Shown here piece after piece: positions 47,658 through 55,279 of a DNA stretch of 55,279 nt; the stretch's first letter is position 1; every line of letters begins with the position of its first letter. Source of the DNA: a virus (taxonomy: Duplodnaviria > Caudoviricetes). The translations under genes were made by a program, and so were the position numbers. The notes beneath the pieces are model-generated. The model saw only the letters and a list, made by a program, of their open reading frames with translations. It was not told the DNA's origin and did not search any database. Location: the IMG/VR virus record IMGVR_UViG_3300019768_000001, positions 1-55,279 of that record; one strand, given 5' to 3'.

Positions 47658-47870
47658 ATGAGCAAGATAGCAAGCGTTTACGATAAGAATTCAAAGTCAG
47701 TGATTTTAGATATGCGCCATCCGAACAAAGATGTGCCTAGACCTGAAATTGTGATCGACACAGAAACAGAGAAGTACGCCGTTCCGGGCGGGAAGACATT
47801 TGAGCTGCTTCGAGATGCGCGTGTTGTAGCAACTGAGATGTTTAGTAAGGCGGGTTTTGTTTGCCAGTAA
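47658..47870 (+). CDS. Hypothetical protein
   Basis: RBS; stop TAA lies in the R' box of site E. Confidence 0.5.
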   Translation: MSKIASVYDKNSKSVILDMRHPNKDVPRPEIVIDTETEKYAVPGGKTFELLRDARVVATEMFSKAGFVCQ

Positions 47871-47924
47871 CCATATAAATAAACGGTGCAGCGCAGCAAG
47901 TCCGATTTAATTTGCTTGTTATGC
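47865..47924 (-). mobile_element. attC-like site E
   Basis: Minus: GCATAAC-aagca-AAT(T)AAA(T)CGG...CCGTTTATT-tatatg-GTTACTG. Confidence 0.7.
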
Positions 47925-47946
47925 TGCGAATAGATAGGGGGGGAAT

Positions 47947-48120
47947 ATGGGCGTTAGAATGAAAAAGACAGATCGAGAATGGCACGAGTACCCATTAGGG
48001 ACTAAAGCTCACGCCGTTATGGGTGGTTATTGGGAAAGAGTTAAGGGTGGCTGGAAATGGTGTACAGGTTCTACCTTTCCTACTCCCGGTGCTGACTGGC
48101 GAGTAATAGAATTACCATAG
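47947..48120 (+). CDS. Cassette ORF, 57-aa Trp/Gly-rich protein (MGVRMKKTDREWHEYPLGTKA...)
   Basis: Not in track; G-rich RBS; fills the segment between sites E and F. Confidence 0.55.
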   Translation: MGVRMKKTDREWHEYPLGTKAHAVMGGYWERVKGGWKWCTGSTFPTPGADWRVIELP

Positions 48121-48122
48121 CA

Positions 48123-48182
48123 ACATAACCCCTTAAACAAACGCAGAGCGTAGCGATGTAGCTTTGCTTTAAATTGTTATAT
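48123..48182 (-). mobile_element. attC-like site F
   Basis: Minus: ATATAAC-aattt-AAA(G)CAAA...TTTGTTT-aaggg-GTTATGT; resembles site B. Confidence 0.75.
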
Positions 48183-48194
48183 TACGGAGACATT

Positions 48195-48629
48195 ATGGAT
48201 TACTTAAAACTATTGCAAGAAAGCTACAGAGAAACAGCAGAGAATAGGGATGACCCAACTTTAGAAAAACTAGAGTTCTTGGCTGAGGGTATTTTCGGAT
48301 TCACGACATACGAGAATGTGGTTTCTTCTACGATGGCGCAAAAGGCACTAGAAGTATGCAAGGCGATAAGTGACAAAAAGACATTTGATTACATTGCCAG
48401 TGAAGAGGGAAATCTTTGGTATCTGGTAATGGTTAATATGCCGTTTTTTGAAAACAGGCTTAATTGGGGTACTTCTATTCGTGGTGCTTGGTGGGATCTG
48501 TGGGGCAATAAAGAATTCACCATTGAGAGTTGCGAACTGTTTGGCGGTGAACAGATACTAGAGCTTAAATTGAATGACAGTGAATGGGTTAAGTTTATAG
48601 AAGCTATGATTAAGTTCGCGGAAGAGTAA
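48195..48629 (+). CDS. Cassette ORF, 144-aa hypothetical protein (MDYLKLLQESY...)
   Basis: GGAG RBS just after site F; stop abuts site G; WGTSIRGAW motif. Confidence 0.65.
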   Translation: MDYLKLLQESYRETAENRDDPTLEKLEFLAEGIFGFTTYENVVSSTMAQKALEVCKAISDKKTFDYIASEEGNLWYLVMVNMPFFENRLNWGTSIRGAWWDLWGNKEFTIESCELFGGEQILELKLNDSEWVKFIEAMIKFAEE

Positions 48630-48679
48630 TATAACAAAGAAATACAGGGCGGAACGTCCCTGTTATTGATGTGTTATGC
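48629..48679 (-). mobile_element. attC-like site G
   Basis: Minus: GCATAAC-acatc-AAT(A)ACAGGG(A)CG-ttc-CGCCCTGTATT-tcttt-GTTATAT. Confidence 0.8.
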
Positions 48680-48883
48680 CAAAGTCTAATACCGCACCGA
48701 CTAAGTAAGGCGCACAATAAGAAAAAACGGAGGGTCGAACATGCGCAGAAAGTCAGCGGTAACATCGGTTATCAGGCATAAAATCAAAGACCCTCAAAAA
48801 CTAGCAGATGCGGAAGTGTCAGCCATCAATTATTTAAATCTGGGTGATACAGCTCACCGGGCGATTAAAAAGGCGCTTAATCT

Positions 48884-49394
48884 ATGAAAGCTCACATGCA
48901 TGACGCTAGCATATCGTCAAGCTCTGTCTCTGAATCTCGAAACAGGGCGTACAGCTGTATAACGCTAACAGATAGTACGGGGTCAGAGCTGGAGTTATTT
49001 ATGCACGATCCTGACGCAATGAAAGAGATTGCGATAAAGATTAATGCGGAGGCCGAAAAGCTGAAGCGTAAGATTGAGGATATGGAGCAATCAGAGCATG
49101 AGTAATGCAATTGTTATAGAAAAGTGCATTGGTGACAGAGGTAAACACTATGCAGAGCAATATCTTATTGCAAAAGGGCTTGCAGTTGCCTCTGCAATGT
49201 ATAACGGGCTCTGGTTTATTGTTGGGTCGGACGCTATAGAAACGTCTGATCAGATCATAAAAGCTGTAGTTACATGTGAGGCTTTTAATCAGTCCGATGA
49301 TAAAAACATGACTGATAAGACCGAGGAGTTTAACAAGGCAATAAATACATACAGCACCCTAACAGTGCTGCAGTTTTCAGAGATAGGGGCTTAA
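48884..49394 (+). CDS. Two coupled hypothetical genes (48884..49105 and ~49098..49394)
   Basis: Overlapping ORFs ending at a convergent hairpin. Confidence 0.45.
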
Positions 49395-49405
49395 CGCCCC
49401 TTTGA

Positions 49406-49648
49406 TCACCCCAGTAAATCGGACAGCTCTGCCTCGATCATCATTCTTACCTGTTTTTTACCTGCATTAACAAAAGCTGCGGGGGATTCTTTTCTAACCG
49501 CCTCAATAGCCCCTTTCATTTTATCTGCACCGTTTTTATCTGCGCCTTCCTGATTCGAAACCGCTTTAACAACGGCGGCACGAAGGTTTTTATCTGTCGC
49601 TGCTTTGAATGCGATTTTTAGCAGCAACTTAACAATCCAAGACTTCAT
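49406..49648 (-). CDS. Small lysis-module protein, possibly holin-like
   Basis: Follows endolysin; AV...E....G..K...A...MIEA pattern reminiscent of LL-H-type holins. Confidence 0.4.
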   Translation of the reverse strand: MKSWIVKLLLKIAFKAATDKNLRAAVVKAVSNQEGADKNGADKMKGAIEAVRKESPAAFVNAGKKQVRMMIEAELSDLLG

Positions 49649-50058
49649 TACACGTCCTCCAATAGTTCAAAGTGTGGCATATCCTGCCAGTCCCACAGAC
49701 CGCCCCAGCCAAGCTTATACCCAAGCATTGCAGCAGATTGAAGCATTGCAGTAGCTACCATGGCTAAGTGATACTCTCGCCAGCTTGCGGCACCGTTAAC
49801 ATATGCGTAAACGTCCAAAGCTAAACCTGACTGGTGATTGCTTGGCTTGTTGTAGCCGTCACATTTAGATTTGCCATCTCTGAATAATTCGAATTGCTCG
49901 CCAGCGGTACGGATTCCGCCGTGCTCGGGGATGCCAAAATCAAACTTTGTTAGCTTTAGCGCAAGATTGGCAATCTCTATTAAACGGGGATCGACTCCGG
50001 CCATTCGCTCTAATGATGTACTGCTGAATTTAAAACTACTCATAAATATCTTGTCCAT
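49648..50058 (-). CDS. Endolysin, M15 family L-Ala-D-Glu peptidase
   Basis: S..R..GV.P.L...DF.I..G.RT..EQ..L...GKS...S.HQ.G.A.D...WGG.W...D.PHFEL. Confidence 0.9.
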   Translation of the reverse strand: MDKIFMSSFKFSSTSLERMAGVDPRLIEIANLALKLTKFDFGIPEHGGIRTAGEQFELFRDGKSKCDGYNKPSNHQSGLALDVYAYVNGAASWREYHLAMVATAMLQSAAMLGYKLGWGGLWDWQDMPHFELLEDV

Positions 50059-50363
50059 CCAAAAGCCCGAACACCGGCATAAATCGGCCTAACATGTCGC
50101 ATCTCAACCCCTTCGTCAATCATGCACAGCTTGAATTGATTATCAGCATCGGCCCTGTCATGTTTGATATGATAAAGATAATCGTGCAAAAGCGCGGCAC
50201 ATCTTGTGCGCCCTTTAAGCCATGCATGTATACCCGGTATTGGCGGAATACTGTCAAGATTTGACTCAAATCCCATTGGCACAACGAACCCGTGCCATTC
50301 CCAGTCCTCTAGCACCAGCCATAAGTCGGCTCCCGGTATTGGCTGAAGCTTTGGACCAATCAT
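50040..50363 (-). CDS. DUF1353 protein
   Basis: VP.GF...L.SIP...AALLHDYLY...R..AD..F...IYAGVRAFG. Confidence 0.8.
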   Translation of the reverse strand: MIGPKLQPIPGADLWLVLEDWEWHGFVVPMGFESNLDSIPPIPGIHAWLKGRTRCAALLHDYLYHIKHDRADADNQFKLCMIDEGVEMRHVRPIYAGVRAFGWTRYL

Positions 50364-50740
50364 AGGGATTCAATCTCAATCAGCAAATCGTCTAATGATT
50401 CATTATCTGTATCTGCAATTTTGGATTCATAATTTCTACGCAGCTGAACAATACCCCCGGCATACGCTGACCATGCCGCGTTGTTTGTAGAGATCAGAGT
50501 GGCGTACTGATGCACGGTTTCATCTGCATTTAAAGCCGCTGATATGAACGGCGTAGGCGTCGAATTATCTTTAAGATAAGCCTCGGCTTCTTTGGACTGA
50601 GCGTCCCAAGTTAGCACCTCACGTTCAGGGTACCCTTCCTGCAATGACTTTAATTTTTCATCACATTTTGAATGTAACAAAGTAAGCAATTGAGGTCGTA
50701 GTACTTGATCCAATAGTTCTTGTTCGGTCCGTTTAGCCAT
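50360..50740 (-). CDS. Tail fibre assembly/chaperone-like protein
   Basis: YP..E..TW..Q..EA.AY..D....TP motif; follows fibre gene. Confidence 0.65.
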   Translation of the reverse strand: MAKRTEQELLDQVLRPQLLTLLHSKCDEKLKSLQEGYPEREVLTWDAQSKEAEAYLKDNSTPTPFISAALNADETVHQYATLISTNNAAWSAYAGGIVQLRRNYESKIADTDNESLDDLLIEIESL

Positions 50741-53106
50741 TACAACACCCTCACTTTGAGATTCTGTTTTTTCAGAGATTTAATTCTAACAGTGTTAGAA
50801 TCTGGCTGATCAAACGTATAATCAGCACCGTTCACCGCACCTTCGTTCAACACGTTTGCGTCATAGTTTATAGTCACACCTGATGACGAGGGTATTTGAG
50901 ATGAGTTATTAGTGAACAGTATTATAGCTAGATCGATTGTATTGGTTAGGGCAGGGAAATCTGCATCACCAACCAAAGATAACTTTGTAGAGTCCATTTG
51001 ATTTTGAGGCCCAACCATTGCCTCGGATAGCGCGCCGAACATACTATTTACAGACGAAGCAGCCCACGTTTCAGATAAATAAGCAGCGTTAGAGTTGTAC
51101 TCCCAGGTACCGAGATTATACCTTGCTATAGTACGCTGACCATCTGTTTGCTTTAGAACGTAGAACGAACGTCTATCGTCCTGTGAGAATGCGTAATTCA
51201 CAGGCTGACCGTTTAGTGTTTCATTAGCGGATTTTGAGTTAATATCAATCCAGTAGGTACTATCTATTTGCCCTGAATTATTGGTTATAACAGGGATATT
51301 AGAGTTAACAACGCTAGTGTATGCGCCGCTGGAATACTGATAAACAGTGTTTGCAGTATCATCCACAACAAACAACCTATCACCTCCGTCTTTTACGCTG
51401 GCTGTGGCTCCGTTTGTCGTTTCTGCTGTAAAGCTATAGCTATCGGTATCATATGAAATTGTTGATATATCAAATGGTGTTGATAACGTGTACCTGAATA
51501 CAGCGGCGGCACTATTTAGTGTAAGCGTCGCTCCGTCGCTAGAAATACCTAGACCTTTTATCGGGCTTGCTTCCGAAACGACTGCTTGAGTTCCAGAGTA
51601 AACTATTGTTGTTAGGTCGTAATTAGTGCTCATATTGTATCTGAATAGTTTGGACGCGCTCACATCAACGGTTACTACAAAATCACCCGATGGCGATAAG
51701 AAAAACCCTCTAGGTGTTGATCCTGTTAAATCATAAAAATTACTATTGTAGCTGCCTGTTGATACATCGAATGGTATGGATAGGTCATATTTTAATATTG
51801 ATTTATCATTTGATGACACCATGAAGAGTTCCGTTCCGTCAGGTTTAAGCCTAATTGAGTCAATAGTTGACATTACACCTGATGTGCTGAGCGTTTGACC
51901 GGAAGGCGACATGGTGCTGATATCATATGGAGTGCTAAGCTGATGATGCGTCACCAAAGAGTTTCCAGATATTAGAGCGTCAGATCCGTTATTAAAGAAA
52001 AGGATATGGGAGGCTACCGCAGGGACTCCAGACGTATAACTATTACCCGAGTACGACGATGATCCTAGATCGTAACCATTCGACAGGTTGGATATCTCAA
52101 CCCCGTTAACACCAAACACAGCAGACTCCATAGTCCACTCACCAGAAGCGATTGGATTAGTGTCCGTGAAATCTGTCACAGTAGTAGCTGCACCGCTGGC
52201 ATCTGCCAGTACAGCAGAACCACCATTCCCCGTGATTGTTTTGCCAACATCCGAGACCGTGAATGATCCAGTTCCAAGCGTTAATGTCACATTACCGCTC
52301 ACTGCACTGGGCGTTAGAGTTGTAGCGTATGCGGTATCCTCTACGTCAAAATTAGAACCGTCAACAGCTACATCCCAATGATCTGAGCTAATACCTGTTT
52401 GAGGAATTTCCTTTGTTGCTGTCACTACCACTGCATCGATTGACGAGGATGTCAGGTTTATAGTGGATTGCTGGTTAGCAATAAAGCTCTGAGTAAGTGT
52501 TCCTTTTGTACCAGAAGCTGCAAGCTCGTCGGTTATTTTTTGAGATGACCAAGCCTTGTCAAGCGCCACTAGTCCGTCGTTTATGGTTCCTGCCGGGAGG
52601 GTAGCAACCGCTGATTTTGCTTTTGCAGCCCAGTGCAGTGACGAGTAGTTTATCCCATCAACCAGAACATCTTCAGCCGTACTAGCCCAAGATTTTGATG
52701 ATCCTGTTGGTACTGTTGTTCCAATGGCGTGCTCTTCTGATGAGTACTGACCAGTGACCACCTCCGCACCAGTCAGCGTAGCCCACTGCTCAGATGAACC
52801 GTTTCCTGCACCGGTTCCGTTGGCGTAGTCTATGGACGCATCTCTAGCCGATTCAGATAAGCCCTGAGCTGTTTGGGCAGCCACCGCAGAGGCGGCAGAC
52901 TCTAGAGCGTTATTATATGCAACGTCAGCATTAGTGCTGACGTTAGCGTCAAGATTGATTAGAGATGTATTCCATAGCGGTAGGTTATTATCTGCAACAC
53001 CCGTATCAATAACATATTGAGTCTCACCTCCTGGGGCTATGCTATTGCGGTCCGGGTAAATAGGGACATTTGTTGTTGGTGATGGTGGTAGTGCTGGATC
53101 TGCCAT
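50740..53106 (-). CDS. Tail fibre / receptor-binding protein with beta-propeller-like repeats
   Basis: YSSLHWAAKA N-terminal repeats; repeated Y.LSTP.D.ST / PDGT..F units. Confidence 0.75.
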   Translation of the reverse strand: MADPALPPSPTTNVPIYPDRNSIAPGGETQYVIDTGVADNNLPLWNTSLINLDANVSTNADVAYNNALESAASAVAAQTAQGLSESARDASIDYANGTGAGNGSSEQWATLTGAEVVTGQYSSEEHAIGTTVPTGSSKSWASTAEDVLVDGINYSSLHWAAKAKSAVATLPAGTINDGLVALDKAWSSQKITDELAASGTKGTLTQSFIANQQSTINLTSSSIDAVVVTATKEIPQTGISSDHWDVAVDGSNFDVEDTAYATTLTPSAVSGNVTLTLGTGSFTVSDVGKTITGNGGSAVLADASGAATTVTDFTDTNPIASGEWTMESAVFGVNGVEISNLSNGYDLGSSSYSGNSYTSGVPAVASHILFFNNGSDALISGNSLVTHHQLSTPYDISTMSPSGQTLSTSGVMSTIDSIRLKPDGTELFMVSSNDKSILKYDLSIPFDVSTGSYNSNFYDLTGSTPRGFFLSPSGDFVVTVDVSASKLFRYNMSTNYDLTTIVYSGTQAVVSEASPIKGLGISSDGATLTLNSAAAVFRYTLSTPFDISTISYDTDSYSFTAETTNGATASVKDGGDRLFVVDDTANTVYQYSSGAYTSVVNSNIPVITNNSGQIDSTYWIDINSKSANETLNGQPVNYAFSQDDRRSFYVLKQTDGQRTIARYNLGTWEYNSNAAYLSETWAASSVNSMFGALSEAMVGPQNQMDSTKLSLVGDADFPALTNTIDLAIILFTNNSSQIPSSSGVTINYDANVLNEGAVNGADYTFDQPDSNTVRIKSLKKQNLKVRVL

Positions 53107-54023
53107 TATTCCGAACCCTCAAGGGAAACTGCTTTTACTGATACCCGCTGTGCTGTTTGCGGGTTCCAGCTGTGCTTTGTACTGACGATTCCATACGTTT
53201 GCAGGACGTCATATCTATCATCAAACGAGAATGCAACGGGGTTTGCGCCTACTTTTCGACCTATTGCAGACGCGACCACACCAGAATCAACGGTTTCTAT
53301 TTTCACTTGACCTCGTATCGTCTGCTGAACTGACTCAGTTATGTATTCTGTTTTTCCGTTGGTTACAATTGTCCTGCCTGTAACTTTCGGCTCATAAGTA
53401 ACGCCTGCAAGTGCCGATCCTAGATTTAGATTCTCCCCTATAACCACCTTGCCAGCCTTGGCGGTTCCGCCCGTGTTTTTTATCCTCACGGTAACAAGCG
53501 TGTCACTGTAGCTGGTAAAAACAGAGCCAAACCCATTAACTCTGAAGATAAAAGGCGCATATCGGTATTGAAATCTATTAATAATAGGAGAGTTATCAGT
53601 TAGAGATATTGTCTCGTTTAAAAACTCGCCGCCAAACGTTGCTGACGTTGCTATTATTTGTATTTCGTTTGCCTCCATGCCAAATATAGCCACAGAGTTT
53701 ACAAATCCTATAGACCCGCTACTGTCATATGTGTTCTCAATAAGGTCTGCGAATGCTGTCTGCTCCTGTATTACGTCGCTATACATGGCGTGTCGATTGG
53801 TCGGTCTTGCTACCGTCCATGTTGGCGGATCGGCAATAACGCCAATCTCAGGGTCGTCGTTGTTTGCATCTATGGCAGATTTATAAACAAGATGGGTGTT
53901 GGCGCTCCACGCCTCCTCACCGGTATTAAACGGCCCTGAAACCCATTCTGTGCCGGGGTCTTCTGGGTTTATGTTTGTCGTAGAGCCGGTTATATCCTCC
54001 GGCAAGATCACTCTAACATCCAT
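53106..54023 (-). CDS. Tail tip protein
   Basis: H.VY.S....N.D.P....W....PTNR.AM..D motif; directly downstream of TMP. Confidence 0.65.
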   Translation of the reverse strand: MDVRVILPEDITGSTTNINPEDPGTEWVSGPFNTGEEAWSANTHLVYKSAIDANNDDPEIGVIADPPTWTVARPTNRHAMYSDVIQEQTAFADLIENTYDSSGSIGFVNSVAIFGMEANEIQIIATSATFGGEFLNETISLTDNSPIINRFQYRYAPFIFRVNGFGSVFTSYSDTLVTVRIKNTGGTAKAGKVVIGENLNLGSALAGVTYEPKVTGRTIVTNGKTEYITESVQQTIRGQVKIETVDSGVVASAIGRKVGANPVAFSFDDRYDVLQTYGIVSTKHSWNPQTAQRVSVKAVSLEGSE

Positions 54024-55279
54024 TAGGCCACCTGCTGCCTTACGTTGAATCCTGCGCCATTAAACGCCTCTGTAATCGCCTCATGAACCTCATCTTGTCG
54101 GTCAATCATGCGATCAAATCCAGCGGTCACAACTGAGTTAACCCCCATAACCGCATTCACAATACTACTAACGTCTATTGTAACAGGCTGACGGAATAAA
54201 TCCGCAGGGTTCATACCTGAGTTAAGCGCGTTTACAGCAGATCCACCCATGTTTGATGTAGCCATCGGATTTAAAACCGCCTCTTGACCATGAACTATTC
54301 CCCGAACCTCTCCGATACTACCTCCGGTTAGTCCGCCTGAATTAAACCCTGGAAGACCTAATACTGCCGCTATCTCGGCGGGAGTCAAATCAACACCGCT
54401 GGCTTGAGCTGACGCAGTTTCTAGCGGCTGATTGAATGCCCCGGTATCAATAACGCCGGTAGATCCAGACGGGCCAGTAAACGTAGTTGCTACCCCTGTG
54501 CTGCTACCTACCTGACTAATAATTGAACCGCCAGAAGGAACGCTTGCCGCCCCAGCTTGAGATGCGGGAAGTTGAGACAGAGAGTTAGACAGTGCAAGGA
54601 GCGCATCAGCAACGGACATTACAGAATTATCGATTCCTAGTAGCGCGTCAAGCTGTGCCTGATTTGCAGAAATGGCATTATCACGCTCTTCTATCAGCAG
54701 TTCAATTTGCCGGTCTGCGGCCTCATTTGCCTCTGACCTGCCGTCTTCCAGCTCTAGCAGCGTTTTTTCTTCAACAGATAGTTGCTGCCCGGCTTTTTGC
54801 TCTAATGCCTTAATCTGGTTTGCGGCCACGGCCTGAGCAAAAGCGAAATCTTCCTGCGTTCTAAATTGATCTTCGGAGATATTGGTTAGATCTCCAAGCA
54901 ATGATTCCAGTTCATCACTACCTGGAAGCGTACTACCTGCGATAATAGCCCCAATCCTTGAGCTGGCCGCTTGCTGTCTAGCTATATCTATTTCTAGCGA
55001 TGACGCGCGAACAGCCGAGGCGGAAGATTTAAGTAGTCGCTGGATGTCCTTTAGGTTTGATATCGTGCTTTTTGCCGCTTCTTTTCGCTGGTCAGAAAGA
55101 TCATCTTCATCTTCCTGCGTGCTTCTAATCGCGTCAATCTGATCTTGATATCTATCAGTCAATCTATCCGCTTCAGCAGCAACGGCTTTCTCTGCGTCAG
55201 ATTTAGCCCTGTCAACTTTAGCCTCGAAATCAAATAATTCAGCGGCGGTTTCTTTCACTGATTCAGCGATGGTTTCAAC
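54023..55279 (-). CDS. Tail tape measure protein, 3' part
   Basis: In frame with 1..3774 across the join; GF..GG.TGG...GIVHGQE.VL TMP C-terminal motif. Confidence 0.9.
   Translation of the reverse strand, partial: VETIAESVKETAAELFDFEAKVDRAKSDAEKAVAAEADRLTDRYQDQIDAIRSTQEDEDDLSDQRKEAAKSTISNLKDIQRLLKSSASAVRASSLEIDIARQQAASSRIGAIIAGSTLPGSDELESLLGDLTNISEDQFRTQEDFAFAQAVAANQIKALEQKAGQQLSVEEKTLLELEDGRSEANEAADRQIELLIEERDNAISANQAQLDALLGIDNSVMSVADALLALSNSLSQLPASQAGAASVPSGGSIISQVGSSTGVATTFTGPSGSTGVIDTGAFNQPLETASAQASGVDLTPAEIAAVLGLPGFNSGGLTGGSIGEVRGIVHGQEAVLNPMATSNMGGSAVNALNSGMNPADLFRQPVTIDVSSIVNAVMGVNSVVTAGFDRMIDRQDEVHEAITEAFNGAGFNVRQQVA
55157..55279. repeat. Terminal direct repeat, right copy
   Basis: Identical to 1-123. 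Confidence 0.95.

Noticed and set aside
48775-48782. GGCATAAA as the far end of a cassette belonging to site G
   Set aside because: Lacks the conserved C of AAC and lies within a probable small ORF; likely chance.
50740-53106. Diversity-generating retroelement target in the fibre gene
   Set aside because: No reverse transcriptase and no template/variable repeat pair seen.

Overview
The window is an apparently complete, circularly assembled ~55,156-bp tailed-phage genome with siphovirus-type structural genes; bases 1-123 are repeated at 55157-55279 and the tape-measure gene runs across the join. It encodes terminase, portal, gpF-like, scaffold, capsid, neck, tail and fibre genes, lambda-like O/P replication, NinB/NinG, RecE-like exonuclease, SSB, two KilA-C antirepressors and an M15 endolysin. 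I see no integrase or CI-like repressor. The host is probably a Gammaproteobacterium (inference only). The standout signal is eight integron attC-like hairpin sites at three loci (17.8, 35.9-36.9 and 47.9-48.7 kb). They delimit five small cassette-like segments whose own two ends are 8-11-bp inverted repeats. The ORFs lie antisense to canonical attC polarity, the attC subtypes recur in the same order in both arrays, and no integron integrase is encoded, which suggests a phage gene-cassette system run by a host recombinase. Other signals: a ~1.9-kb ORF-poor region with tRNA-like and highly structured RNA elements, three C4-antisense-like leaders, a recurring GTC(T/G)AAT-N21-23-(-10) promoter motif, an HNH gene that displaced the 5' end of ssb, a truncated tail-tube-like gene, and three genes with single-codon lesions. 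All calls were made by eye without database searches.
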